Assembly (NCBI GenBank): GCA_903851045.1 | Contig: CAINNF010000015.1 | Span: 96,644 to 160,643, forward strand | Reading direction: 5' to 3' | DNA length: 64,000 bases | Source: Candidatus Adlerbacteria bacterium | Lineage (GTDB): Bacteria; Patescibacteriota; Minisyncoccia; Phycocordibacterales; SBAW01 | In this document: positions 10,424 through 20,449 of the stretch, piece by piece | How the letters are laid out: each line of letters begins with the position of its first letter | Position numbering within the stretch: the first letter of the stretch is position 1 | The notes under the pieces: generated by a model | What the model saw: only the letters and a program-made list of their open reading frames with translations | What the model was told of the DNA's origin: nothing | The model's database searches: none | Made by a program: the position numbers and the translations under genes

Positions 10424-10795
10424 CTAACGGTCATCATCCACTTCTTGCACACGAACTTTTTTTGAAACAACGTTCGTTTGAGCGGTCGTTGTTCTCTTTT
10501 GAGTGACGACCGATATAGGGACCGCGACAGGTTGCGCCGATGACGCAGTCGCGGCGACCATGGTCGGAGCCTGGACTGAAACGTTTGCCTTCGAGATTGA
10601 CACCATCGCCGCAGCTCCGTTCGACGAAGCACGTTGGGTTGCGCTTGCAAAAGCCGTTGCGGGGACCGTCGCCGCGTTCACTGACTCAGTATGCGTATCG
10701 TGTGTGCTTTGGAGTACCTGTGCACTTGCTACAAGCCCCACCAGCAACACCACACTTAAGAAGAACAATCTATTCTCGTGTACGAAGTCCGACAT
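10424..10795 (-). CDS. hypothetical membrane-anchored protein, last gene of the flavinylation operon
   Basis: N-terminal TM, Ala/Thr-rich; starts 5 nt after the oxidoreductase stop. Confidence 0.6.
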   Translation of the reverse strand: MSDFVHENRLFFLSVVLLVGLVASAQVLQSTHDTHTESVNAATVPATAFASATQRASSNGAAAMVSISKANVSVQAPTMVAATASSAQPVAVPISVVTQKRTTTAQTNVVSKKVRVQEVDDDR

Positions 10796-10800
10796 ATGAC

Positions 10801-12333
10801 TTATACGAAACCAGGGAAGAAGTCACTCTTGATCTTTAGTCGGGAGACTCCCATGCCCGTGAGCGTCTGTTTGAACGCTTCGACCATCGCATGCGGTCCG
10901 GATATGTAGTACGTGCGTTCGAGGTAGTCGGGTATCTCCTGCTGGATAAGCGCCGCGTCGAGCGAATGGTTGAACATCCCTGGTATCGGCTTGGTCTCAC
11001 CGCTGAGCGCGTAGACGGTCTTGATACCGAGCTCGGTCTGCGCGCGATCGAGAATGGGTTTGTAGGCGACATCCGCGGCGGTCTTGTTCGCATAGAGTAC
11101 GACGACCGGGCGCGCGTCTTTGGTGTCGAGCAAGTACTGGATCATGCTGCGAAACGGCGTCATACCGATACCGCCCGCGATGAACACCAGTTTCTTCTTC
11201 GGGTCCTTCGGCAGCACGAAGCCACCCGCGATGTGCGACGCCGCTATCGTGCTCCCCACCTTCATCGAAGCGAGCGCACGCTTGAAGGTGCTCGACGGCG
11301 AATAGAACTTCACCCCGAGCCGCACCTGCCGCTCCGTCGGTGCGGACGCTATCGTGAAGTAGCGACGATTCCCGCGGTTGTCCGGGTACTGATGCCCAAG
11401 CGTCCACTCCATGTACTGCCCCGGCCGGAACGTCATGCGACGATCGGCATTGAAGACGAAGTCGTACACATCGTTCGCCTGTTGTTCGATGGCGGCAAGG
11501 GTCAGGATGTATCGACCCTTCGGACTTACGGCCCACGAGAACACGTTACCGACCAAGAGCGCCAACTCCGGCGTCATATAGAAGGTGCCGATGTGGATAT
11601 TGGGAGCGAAGAGGAACCCGACAATCGCACCGTATGCGACGCGCAGCAGCATGGTCGGTGGTGTCGTGAGCGGCTCCGTGAGCATCACGAACGCAAGAAA
11701 GAATATCGACGTATGCAACACCGGCACGAGAGGAGTGACGATGTCGGTCGGGAACCCGGATGACGACATAAGCTCCGTCGTCACCAGCGTGACCGCGAAG
11801 AAACTGCCGACCAAGTCGAAGCGACGGATCTTGCGCACCAAGAGCAGCCCACCGACGATCACGAACGGCATCAGATAGGTGTTACCGCCCACCCACCAGG
11901 TCGCTGGCTGGTTGATGACAAGTGCCGTGAGCGCGACCGCGAACGCGGCCGGATTGAACAGATGCTTCTTGCCTATCGCAAAGATGTACTTCGCCGCCAT
12001 CGCCCACACCGAAGCGAACACAAGGAAGCCGACACCCGCATGGTCCGTGGCAGACACTGGTGTGATGATGAGTGCGAGAATGAGCGCCGTGATATAGACC
12101 GATTCGACGTTCGTCGCCGCCTCGAACACCCGCGCGAACACAAGGTTCGTACCCCAACACACCGCAAGGATGACAAGAGCCGAGAACGCAAGCTGCGTCG
12201 CATCGAACGGGACCAGGTTGGCGAAGAACCCAAGCACGAACGCCACCACGAGTAGACCCACCAAGTAGTACAGTACGAGACGGTACATGGTGATACGATT
12301 CAAAAAAGTGTCGATGGAGGTCATGGGGTTCAT
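10801..12333 (-). CDS. NqrB/RnfD-like membrane domain fused to an FAD/NAD-binding ferredoxin-reductase domain
   Basis: KHLFNPAA, MLTEPLTTP; FRPGQY, RRYFTIASAP, AGGIGMTPF, YISGP, DFFPGF. Confidence 0.9.
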   Translation of the reverse strand: MNPMTSIDTFLNRITMYRLVLYYLVGLLVVAFVLGFFANLVPFDATQLAFSALVILAVCWGTNLVFARVFEAATNVESVYITALILALIITPVSATDHAGVGFLVFASVWAMAAKYIFAIGKKHLFNPAAFAVALTALVINQPATWWVGGNTYLMPFVIVGGLLLVRKIRRFDLVGSFFAVTLVTTELMSSSGFPTDIVTPLVPVLHTSIFFLAFVMLTEPLTTPPTMLLRVAYGAIVGFLFAPNIHIGTFYMTPELALLVGNVFSWAVSPKGRYILTLAAIEQQANDVYDFVFNADRRMTFRPGQYMEWTLGHQYPDNRGNRRYFTIASAPTERQVRLGVKFYSPSSTFKRALASMKVGSTIAASHIAGGFVLPKDPKKKLVFIAGGIGMTPFRSMIQYLLDTKDARPVVVLYANKTAADVAYKPILDRAQTELGIKTVYALSGETKPIPGMFNHSLDAALIQQEIPDYLERTYYISGPHAMVEAFKQTLTGMGVSRLKIKSDFFPGFV

Positions 12334-13067
12334 AGCGTCAGTTGGGTAAATCCGGTGGTCATCGTGGCGATACCGTGCGCATCGATCGCATAGCCTTCGA
12401 ACCCGGGGAGCTGCTCGATGAAAAAGATGCCGTCCCTACCCATCGCGAACGCCGCGGTCGCGAAACGATCTGCTTCGTAGATGTCGGGGCCGACGACCGT
12501 CAGACTCACGACTTCGGTGAGCGCTGTCCCGGGCACGTGTGGATTATAGATATGCTGACCGCGAACGTATGTGCCGGAGGTCGCTACCCCGCGGCCGCCC
12601 GGTCGTACCACCTTGACAATCTCCTGATGTTTGAACGGGTTTCGAATACCGATGGTCCACGGCTCACCGCGCTCGTCGACGCCCTTCGTCTGGATGTCGC
12701 CGCCCACCTCGACGTAGTAATGGTCGAACCCACGCGACTCCACGAGCTTCGCCGCTTGCCATATCGCCCACCCCTTCACCACACCCGAGGGGTCGATATG
12801 GCCGTCGGGCCGGACGATGGAGAAAAATCCTGCAGTCTCCCTGGTCGTCTGCTCAGCGAGCGCGAATATCTCGCGCATTTCATCGCTGTAATCTGCCGCC
12901 CCTATATCGCCGCGATCTATCTTCGATATCTCGCTGTCTTCCTTGTAGGTACTAAAACGCGCGTCGATCGCGGTAAAATAGTCGAACACCGCGTCGAGCG
13001 TATCGCTGGTAGCCGTTGGTATGTCCACGATGACCGGCATGCCCATGATGATACGCGTGTCTCTCAT
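12330..13067 (-). CDS. apbE: FAD:protein FMN transferase
   Basis: FSTYKEDSEIS, DPSGVVKGWA, GGDI, ATSGTY..HIYNP, ADRFATAAFAMG. Confidence 0.95.
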   Translation of the reverse strand: MRDTRIIMGMPVIVDIPTATSDTLDAVFDYFTAIDARFSTYKEDSEISKIDRGDIGAADYSDEMREIFALAEQTTRETAGFFSIVRPDGHIDPSGVVKGWAIWQAAKLVESRGFDHYYVEVGGDIQTKGVDERGEPWTIGIRNPFKHQEIVKVVRPGGRGVATSGTYVRGQHIYNPHVPGTALTEVVSLTVVGPDIYEADRFATAAFAMGRDGIFFIEQLPGFEGYAIDAHGIATMTTGFTQLTL

Positions 13068-13068
13068 A

Positions 13069-13695
13069 TTAGGAGTTCTTCGCTTGCGCGAGCGCATCGC
13101 CAAGGGACTGTTTGAAGGCGGCGCTCGTGTAGCTCGCACCGGAAGCGCCACTGACGTTCGCGCTCTGCGCCGCTATAGCCTCTTGTTGCAAGGTCGGCAT
13201 GGCCCGCGAGTTGATGCGGATGGAGTTCTGTCGGTCGTTCGGATATTGCAAAAACGTGACGGTCGCCAACTTACCGCCCTGTATCACCACCTGAATTTGT
13301 ACCGTCCCATAGTACGCGTTCGCGGCAGCACCCGTATACGTACCGTCAACATATTGCCCTGTCGGCTTCGCTACGGGAGCTGGCGTCGCAACGGGCACCG
13401 GGATTGGTGTTGGTGCAGGGGCGGGAGTCGGCGTGGTAGTCGGTTTCGGCGTCGGTGTCGAGGTGGAAGTCGGTGTCGCAGGCGCGGTCGGTTGTGCCAC
13501 GACGGGCATATCGGCGGCAATCGGTGGTGTTTGTGTAACCGGCGCCGCCGACGTACCGCTCGTGTCGAGCGCGACATGTGTTTGAGGAGACGTTCCTATG
13601 GCGGAGACCGCAGAGGAGCCACCACCGAGATACTGATACGCGACATAGGCTGCCGAGGCGGCGAACACGAAAAATGACAGAAAAAACTTCTTCAT
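13069..13695 (-). CDS. extracytoplasmic FMN-binding protein
   Basis: YVDGTYTG..YGTVQIQV; flavinylation motif SGAS; Pro/Thr linker. Confidence 0.93.
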   Translation of the reverse strand: MKKFFLSFFVFAASAAYVAYQYLGGGSSAVSAIGTSPQTHVALDTSGTSAAPVTQTPPIAADMPVVAQPTAPATPTSTSTPTPKPTTTPTPAPAPTPIPVPVATPAPVAKPTGQYVDGTYTGAAANAYYGTVQIQVVIQGGKLATVTFLQYPNDRQNSIRINSRAMPTLQQEAIAAQSANVSGASGASYTSAAFKQSLGDALAQAKNS

Positions 13696-13790
13696 GAGCG
13701 AGTATGATACTCTTCAGTATCATACTATCTACGAACGCACTCAGTAAAGAGTTTCATCCGAACGAAGAAAATGCGCTATACTCGTACCAT

Positions 13791-14267
13791 ATGAACAGGA
13801 CGACCGTACGCATCATAGTGGGCGCGATCGTGGGCGTGGTTGTGGTCATATATCTCACGACACCCAAGACACCCCCCGCACCACCACTGGCGACCACTTC
13901 GACACATTCGGTCACCCCTACACAACTACCGAGCGATTATCACGAGAATATATATCTCAGCAAGACCGACCCAACGAAAGGCGCTTACATGACCGACTTC
14001 GCGGGCATGACACTGTATACCTCGTCCGATGACCGAACAGGAGTCAGTAACTGCACGGGCGAGTGTGCAAAGGATTGGCCACCTTACTCCTCGGGTGCCG
14101 TATCGCAAAAGCGGTTCCCTGCCAACATCTCGGTCATCACTCGACCCGACGGTTCCAAGCAACTTGCATGGCACGACATGCCGCTCTACTATTATGCGAA
14201 GGATATGAAAGTGGGTGACCTGCTCGGAGACGGCATCGACGGCGTGTGGCATATCGTGAAGCCGTAG
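13791..14267 (+). CDS. secreted repeat protein with Y-X4-D motifs (COG4315/Lipoprotein_15-like)
   Basis: GMTLYT..D..SNCTGECAKDWPP..PLYYYAKD..GDLLGDGIDGVW. Confidence 0.88.
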   Translation: MNRTTVRIIVGAIVGVVVVIYLTTPKTPPAPPLATTSTHSVTPTQLPSDYHENIYLSKTDPTKGAYMTDFAGMTLYTSSDDRTGVSNCTGECAKDWPPYSSGAVSQKRFPANISVITRPDGSKQLAWHDMPLYYYAKDMKVGDLLGDGIDGVWHIVKP

Positions 14268-14296
14268 ATGGGTATACATCTCGACCATCGACGCCG

Positions 14297-15451
14297 TTAC
14301 TCACGAACCGTGGGTGTACCGGAGGCGTTCAGATAGTCCACCAGAGCCGAGAACGTGACGCAGCGGACCTCGGGCCGCCCACATACGTGCTCGGCGAACA
14401 CCTTCATCGCCTCCCAGTACACGCCGTCGTTCCACTTCGAAAAGTGGTGACCGATGACCACTGGTGCACGGTCGCCATAGTAGTTGGTATCGAAGTAGTC
14501 CATGTACGCCGACTCGACCTCACTGAGGTACGAGGTCCACAGCGGTGTCCCTTGGGTCGCGAGATTCTTGGCACCGGACTGGAGCATCCACAGACTATAG
14601 TCCATCGAGATAGATGGGCTCTTGTGTGGTCCCACAAAGATGGTGCCGAGCGGGATGTGCCAAATACCGTCCACGTCCTTCTTTGGCCAACGATACATCG
14701 CCCCCACCCCGCTGCCGTCGTAGGTGAAATGTTCGTCGGCGAGCACTTTGTAGAGGTTCGCGTTCACGCCGAGGTTCGGCGCGCGGAAGCCGTGGATGCC
14801 GTTCAGGAACGTCGGCGCATCTATCGGCTGCGTCGGATTATTCTTCTGTACGTTCGACAGCAGTGCGGTGAACGAATCGAACTCCTGCTTCCACTCGTCA
14901 TAGTTCCACCCCGCACCATCGAAGTGACCAGCCGTGTGCGAACCGATCTCATTACCCGCCGCGTACGCCACATTGAACGCTTGTACACGCTGCGCTATGT
15001 CCTTGGTGGAATCCGAAAAACCGATAGCCGATACACCTCGCGCGTGCCCGGGACCTTGGTAGAGCGTCGCATTGCTCGTGGTCAAAAAATATGCCGCATT
15101 GATGAAGTACGTGAAGCTCAGCGGCTTGTGCTCCGATCGCATCTTTTGTTCGAACGCGAGCGTCTCGTCCAACATGTCGACCGACTTCGAACCGTCGAAC
15201 GACAGGAGCACGAACTGCGGCGTCGAGCTCGAGACCATGTAAGTCACCTTCGCCACGGGAGTACTCGATGCGACCGCGGTCGAGTACGCATGCGAGTCCT
15301 CAGCCAACTCGTCGGCCGGGTCGGTGTCGGTATCCACCGCACCAACCACTGACGATACTCCTCGAGCATGCGTATGCAGGATATACAAACCGAACACTCC
15401 ACACAGTATCAAAAACATAACTCCCACCCCCACCTGATATTTTCTCGGCAT
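14297..15451 (-). CDS. polysaccharide deacetylase family protein
   Basis: LSFDG, EIGSHTAGH, GFRAPNL, IGHHF. Confidence 0.88.
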   Translation of the reverse strand: MPRKYQVGVGVMFLILCGVFGLYILHTHARGVSSVVGAVDTDTDPADELAEDSHAYSTAVASSTPVAKVTYMVSSSTPQFVLLSFDGSKSVDMLDETLAFEQKMRSEHKPLSFTYFINAAYFLTTSNATLYQGPGHARGVSAIGFSDSTKDIAQRVQAFNVAYAAGNEIGSHTAGHFDGAGWNYDEWKQEFDSFTALLSNVQKNNPTQPIDAPTFLNGIHGFRAPNLGVNANLYKVLADEHFTYDGSGVGAMYRWPKKDVDGIWHIPLGTIFVGPHKSPSISMDYSLWMLQSGAKNLATQGTPLWTSYLSEVESAYMDYFDTNYYGDRAPVVIGHHFSKWNDGVYWEAMKVFAEHVCGRPEVRCVTFSALVDYLNASGTPTVRE

Positions 15452-15633
15452 GAGGACAGTATAGTATAAGAACCGTCTGTACGCCGCATAACACGATACG
15501 GACCTGGCATCGCGAGAACTGCAGGACAAAAAAAGAAGTGCGCCGCTCGGTAACCCGAAGCGGCGCATGTGTTCGAACGTCGGAAACGAATAAACGAACC
15601 ACCTAACCAATGATACGTAGCAGGCGTAGAACG

Positions 15634-15870
15634 TTAGTGTTTCGCGTCCGATTCTTGGCGAGCATGATCCTCGGCATAGGGGTTGCGAACGATCGGCTTT
15701 CGCTTACATCCGCCCGCATGACGTGCTTTCAGACGATTGACCGTACGGGCGGCTCGCTCGGAGGTAAACACGGTTTCATACGCCACAAAACCACAGCGGC
15801 TGCAGTGGACACTGATGGTCACCCCACCCCCATCTTCGTCCTCTATGGGCGCACCAATCATTATCTGCAC
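15634..15870 (-). CDS. small hypothetical protein (CxxC...H...C, possible Zn binding)
   Basis: HCSRCG..HAGGC; GGAG SD upstream. Confidence 0.45.
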   Translation of the reverse strand: MQIMIGAPIEDEDGGGVTISVHCSRCGFVAYETVFTSERAARTVNRLKARHAGGCKRKPIVRNPYAEDHARQESDAKH

Positions 15871-15937
15871 TCCTCCACACCCTAATCTTATCCAAAAATG
15901 ATTGTAAACAAAAAATGAAGTCTGTCAATACATTTGG

Positions 15938-15958
15938 GTACAAGGGTTACCCTTGTAC
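15938..15958. promoter_or_regulatory. perfect 21-bp inverted repeat, candidate operator
   Basis: GTACAAGGGT-t-ACCCTTGTAC, just upstream of a minus-strand TTGACA. Confidence 0.4.
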
Positions 15959-16019
15959 ACATCGCACTTTTTGTAAGTCCAAGAAAAAGCCACAGAGGGT
16001 ATCTGTGGCTTCGTAGATT

Positions 16020-17117
16020 TTAGGCGATCTTTCGAAACGGCACCACGTTCCTCATGTCGCGTTCCACCTTCTCCGTCTGAGTAACGAAGCCGCGAAGTGT
16101 CGTGAGTAGGCCACTCAATCGTCGACGTTCGGTCAAGAGGTCGGTGATGCTCGTGCTCCAGTTAGCGGAGAACGTGCAGCATCCGTTCTTGATGATGACG
16201 ATCGTACCGACCGCCTGCGACACCATGCCGACCGTCGCGACATCGCTGCAGTAATTGACGTACAAACCCAGCGTAATCCACGGCAGCACTTCGAACATCG
16301 ACAGATAGGGTCCTTGCCACAGCGACACCAAGACTTGGTGCCAACGCAGACGCGCGTTGATGCAGCGTAGTTCCTTCAGCGACTCCCGAGCTCGGTAGGC
16401 GTAGGCGTCCAACGTCGATACCGCTTCATGGCCACCTTCGAGCACCGCACGGAAGCCGGACTCGGCGTCGCGCGCCACGTGTTTGATCTCCGGTATCTTC
16501 CTGCCGAGCACCTGTGTGAACAGTAGATCGAATACGCAGACCAACACGACCCCCCACACCAAACACCCGGGAGCGACGTCCCACGAGAACTTGAACGCGG
16601 CATCCTGCCCATGGAGCGCAACGAGGTTGCCCACCACGGACAGCACCGCGTAGACTATCGGGTCGTACGTCTCGAGGTACCAGCGAGTCGCATTCGCACT
16701 GCTCTCCTGGACCGTTTGGGCGAAGGTACCGAGCGACTCGTCGGTGTCTCGCTCCTGCATACCAAGCAACACTCCTTTCGGTCGGTTCGCTCGGGCTCGT
16801 TCGATGCGGTGACGCAATGCAAGACACTCTTGGATGAGCGCGTCGCGCCACCACCAGGTGTAGAAGAGTTTGAAGTTCACCTGCAGCATCTGCAGCAATG
16901 CAAGTGTACCTCCGTACTCAAGCAGACGCGCCGCCGAAGCAAGCACAGCGTCGAACGCATGCTTGTCCGGTATCAAGTCGATGAACCGGCCAAGCTCTTG
17001 TAGTAGCACTATCCACAGCGCGCAACGAGCCACCACGCTCAGCGTGATGACACATAGACCACCCATTGCACGCATGCGAATGCGCAAGTCGGGGTTGAGA
17101 AAGAACACCCGCTCCAT
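16020..17117 (-). CDS. SbmA/BacA-like transporter (ABC-type membrane domain, no NBD)
   Basis: Multiple TM helices; WWWRDAL, AQTVQE, AESGFR segments resemble the SbmA/ABCD transmembrane domain. Confidence 0.6.
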   Translation of the reverse strand: MERVFFLNPDLRIRMRAMGGLCVITLSVVARCALWIVLLQELGRFIDLIPDKHAFDAVLASAARLLEYGGTLALLQMLQVNFKLFYTWWWRDALIQECLALRHRIERARANRPKGVLLGMQERDTDESLGTFAQTVQESSANATRWYLETYDPIVYAVLSVVGNLVALHGQDAAFKFSWDVAPGCLVWGVVLVCVFDLLFTQVLGRKIPEIKHVARDAESGFRAVLEGGHEAVSTLDAYAYRARESLKELRCINARLRWHQVLVSLWQGPYLSMFEVLPWITLGLYVNYCSDVATVGMVSQAVGTIVIIKNGCCTFSANWSTSITDLLTERRRLSGLLTTLRGFVTQTEKVERDMRNVVPFRKIA

Positions 17118-17217
17118 GTCGCACTCCCATACGGTTGTTACGTTTTAGAACGCTCTACATGGGTATACGAGACGACAACACTTATTGGTTCATGTCACGC
17201 AACACACCGTGTGTGTC

Positions 17218-17673
17218 CTATAGTCCGAAGTCTTCGAGGGTTTTCATGAACTCGAGACGCTCCAAGCCGTGTTCCTCCGTCTCTTCCTCCAAGACCGTGA
17301 CGCAGGCATCCAACCGCTCGAAGCGCTCATCCTCGCTCATCTGTTGTCGCTCCTGCGGCGTGTACCGTCGCGCGAAATCGCGCTCACCGAGCCGTTCGCA
17401 CAACTCGCTCCAGAACACCTCTTCGTTATACTCCTCGCGCAGTCGAACCAGCTCGCCCGCGTGGCCTGTGTCGCCAAACTCCAAGTCATGCTCGATATTC
17501 GCCGGAAGCCCGAACTGCGGCGCCAGCGAATAGAGATGCTCGGCGATCGCGTCGTACTCTGGCACGTTCGGGTCGTGGTCGTGTCCACACCGCTGCGCGT
17601 TCGCGACCCAATTGCCCAGATACACCGCTTTCACCAACGCCACATACTGCTCCTTGGTCAGATCGATCTTCAT
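17218..17673 (-). CDS. conserved-looking acidic hypothetical protein
   Basis: YLGNWVANA..FWSELCERLGERD..EHGLERL. Confidence 0.7.
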   Translation of the reverse strand: MKIDLTKEQYVALVKAVYLGNWVANAQRCGHDHDPNVPEYDAIAEHLYSLAPQFGLPANIEHDLEFGDTGHAGELVRLREEYNEEVFWSELCERLGERDFARRYTPQERQQMSEDERFERLDACVTVLEEETEEHGLERLEFMKTLEDFGL

Positions 17674-17809
17674 ATGGAATGCATAGTATCACCTTCGCCA
17701 CCTTTGGTGAAAGGTCGAGCGAGTTTCCACCACCACAGCGGTAATTGACTTATGTGCGTGATATATGCTTACTTGTGGTAGTAAGTTCTTTGAACTACAG
17801 GAGGACGTG

Positions 17810-18946
17810 ATGGCTACTTTTGGCATCGATTATCTGACTGACTACTATGCGGTTCTGGGCGTGGCTCGAGACACCCCGAGGAACGAGATACGTGCGGCGT
17901 ATGTGCGTAAGCAGATGCAATACCATACGGACCGCTTCCCGGGGTTGGCGCCGGAGCTGCTCGCTGATGCGGCGGAAAAATCCAAACTCTTGAGCGAAGC
18001 GTACGCCATCGTCGGCGACGACGACAAGCGACGAGCATATGACGAACAGCTCGCGAATTGGACGGGGCCGCTCAGCGTACACGGCGGGAGCATAATCATC
18101 CTCGGCGAGTCGAACTTCTCGCTCAATACGCTCCTTGAGCATCTCACAATGGACCCCGAGACTCGTAAGCGAGAGGCGGAGAACCTGGCGTTGCAGTACT
18201 CGGGTTTCGACAAGGAAACGTACGAGTTCTTCCGTACACAAGCCAAGTCACCAGCGGGTATCCCACCGGCACTGAAGGCCGCATATTTCGAACAACTTTC
18301 GCGCCGCGACACGTATCTCGCTCTGCTCGAAAGTTTTATTTGGGAGAGTATGGGCCAGAACGAACACACCCCCACACCGCACATAGAATATGGTGCGCAA
18401 GCAACAGCTGCTATCACCGCGGTTAGAGCGCAGGCGCACCAAAGCGTGCGGCGAGAGGTCTTGTCTATCGCCGCTGGCGAACGAGCATTACTTCCCGCAC
18501 CAGACGGCATGGGCGAGAAAGTCGATGCTGGTCAGATGCTCGCGTACTACACCGCTCGACTGGACGAACATTTCGCTCAGCAAACGACTCTACTTGAGCC
18601 GATCGTCGCAGAACGCGAAGAGATTCTCACCACCCTCTTCGACTTGGGCGCACAGATCGAGTACCACCCCGACACGACCACCTACACCGATCGGGTCATG
18701 CTGGGGATGCTACGCGACGAAGAGATCGTCTGGAGGCTCGTGGTATTAGACGGCAACGCGGTGCGGATCCTCAGCCTGCCTGATGAGTTCGATCGATCGA
18801 TACGATCTGCCGCGCACGTATCCAAGAAATGGCTCTCTCGCGGATACACTGTACTCACCTTCCGAGTATTAAGGGAGATCGACGTCGAAGCTCAACTCAA
18901 TCGCATCGCCGACCTGCACGCTATGAAACGGAAGACTCAAGCGTAA
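17810..18946 (+). CDS. J-domain (DnaJ-like) protein with unknown C-terminal region
   Basis: DYYAVLGV..IRAAY..YHTD..LSEAYAIVGDDDKRRAYD; AGGAGG SD. Confidence 0.85.
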   Translation: MATFGIDYLTDYYAVLGVARDTPRNEIRAAYVRKQMQYHTDRFPGLAPELLADAAEKSKLLSEAYAIVGDDDKRRAYDEQLANWTGPLSVHGGSIIILGESNFSLNTLLEHLTMDPETRKREAENLALQYSGFDKETYEFFRTQAKSPAGIPPALKAAYFEQLSRRDTYLALLESFIWESMGQNEHTPTPHIEYGAQATAAITAVRAQAHQSVRREVLSIAAGERALLPAPDGMGEKVDAGQMLAYYTARLDEHFAQQTTLLEPIVAEREEILTTLFDLGAQIEYHPDTTTYTDRVMLGMLRDEEIVWRLVVLDGNAVRILSLPDEFDRSIRSAAHVSKKWLSRGYTVLTFRVLREIDVEAQLNRIADLHAMKRKTQA

Positions 18947-19089
18947 AGCATCAGCGATCGGGACCCCACCGCTCACCATCATGGTGAGCGGTTCTTATTT
19001 CATATCGTTCGTGAACACATAGACACAAACGACGAACTGTAGTATTTCTATAGTCGGCTGCACACGCTGAACCAACAGAGGAGGGTTCT

Positions 19090-19584
19090 ATGGAGATTAC
19101 TATGCATCCGAGGCAACTGTTGCTCGATGTGGTACGCGACATATACACGAACGGCACCACGAGCGGTTGGGGCAGGCTTGTGCGAGATCCTCCGGAAGGA
19201 AGCGCTCCGCTTGGTCGCGCGACCGATGAGATGCTCGCCCTCCTCGTTGGGTGCGACACCATCCTGACCGACCTCGAAACCTGCAGGTATCTTCTTGCAC
19301 AATTCGACGAAGGACGCACACCCTGTGGCAGGAGACTCAACGCCGCCGAGGCGATCATCCAGATCCAACTGACCGAGCAACACCAGGCCAGACTTCGTGG
19401 ATTGCTCGAAGCCTTCATTGGTTTATTCAATGGTGTGCTGGGAGGCGAACACCCAGGCCACCCGGCCGAGGGTGCATACACACTGACCGCAGAGCGACTT
19501 ATCTTTTTCACCCCCGGCGGACCCGCCTCAAAGATCCCGCCCGTACTCTCCATCCTTGGCGTATCCCCGGACGATCCCGATTAA
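19090..19584 (+). CDS. hypothetical protein
   Basis: GAGGAGG SD, 164-aa ORF, terminator near 19621-19647. Confidence 0.6.
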   Translation: MEITMHPRQLLLDVVRDIYTNGTTSGWGRLVRDPPEGSAPLGRATDEMLALLVGCDTILTDLETCRYLLAQFDEGRTPCGRRLNAAEAIIQIQLTEQHQARLRGLLEAFIGLFNGVLGGEHPGHPAEGAYTLTAERLIFFTPGGPASKIPPVLSILGVSPDDPD

Positions 19585-19647
19585 GGCACAGTTACACTCG
19601 CTCGACCCCTCTCACAATCAACGCCGCCCATTCAGGGGCGGCGTTTC

Positions 19648-19666
19648 TTTAGAGTGAGAATTCACC
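19648..19666 (+). repeat. 19-bp motif TTTAGAGTGAGAATTCACC, copy 1
   Basis: Identical to 44001-44019; both copies are followed by TTGACA about 10 nt later. Confidence 0.7.
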
Positions 19667-19766
19667 CATTCTTTTTTTGACAAAACTCAAGGAGTAAAAA
19701 ATATCACGGTTTTTTGCAACATACCGTTATCATCAAAACGGGTGGATAGGACGTGTGGGGGCCTCG

Positions 19767-20321
19767 TTAATAGAGCTCCGGATGTTTGAACGGGACAAGT
19801 GCCAAGACAACCGCTTCGCTAAATAGTTTGGTGCGCACGACCACGTCGCCCGTGAGGAGGCCGACCGCGCCGTTGTGCATCCCGGAGTTGTTGCGACCAA
19901 AGACCTGGTCGTCGGCTTCGCCGAGCGTCTTGCCATCATTCACCAACTGGGCAACCTTTGGCGGCAAGAAAAAAGTCCCCGTACGCCCCTTGCCATAGAC
20001 GCCACCCCGGGACTTCACCACCACCCACCCAAAGGCGACCATCTCCTCGCTTACTTGTGGTGAGCTTGTCGCACTCATCACTTGCACGCCGCCTTCAAGC
20101 CCAACCCAAAAGTCCGCATCCGGCGCTGCCACCGACGCGGCATCGACACGATTGCGCGCACCCACGAGCGTCTCGACGTCGCTGCGCGGCTGCTCATCCA
20201 CACCCGACGGCACCGACACGCCACGGATATCAAACGTCTCTTCGGGGAACATCCGCTCCAACCCGTCGAGCACGGCAGCGATCTTCACCCGGTTCTCGGA
20301 TGCGACGACAACTTTTTTCAT
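19767..20321 (-). CDS. yjjX: inosine/xanthosine triphosphatase
   Basis: ASENRVKI, SGVDEQP, GARNR, VGLEGG, GAVGLLT..R. Confidence 0.93.
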   Translation of the reverse strand: MKKVVVASENRVKIAAVLDGLERMFPEETFDIRGVSVPSGVDEQPRSDVETLVGARNRVDAASVAAPDADFWVGLEGGVQVMSATSSPQVSEEMVAFGWVVVKSRGGVYGKGRTGTFFLPPKVAQLVNDGKTLGEADDQVFGRNNSGMHNGAVGLLTGDVVVRTKLFSEAVVLALVPFKHPELY

Positions 20322-20449
20322 ACCCCTCAAGTGTACTACACCTCACGCAAGCATCTGAGTGACGAGTGCGACCATGGACTTTTTTGAGTATTGCTATATA
20401 ACAGATGCGGACGAAAGTAGCCTTCAGTAACTCGCACAAGGGAGGGCGC

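Noticed and set aside
14246-15352. Long opposite-strand ORFs (also 10891-11763, 28830-29903, 30807-31763, 41794-42885, 45924-46856)
   Set aside because: Shadow or alternate-frame ORFs over well-supported genes in GC-rich DNA; Arg/His-rich with no motifs.
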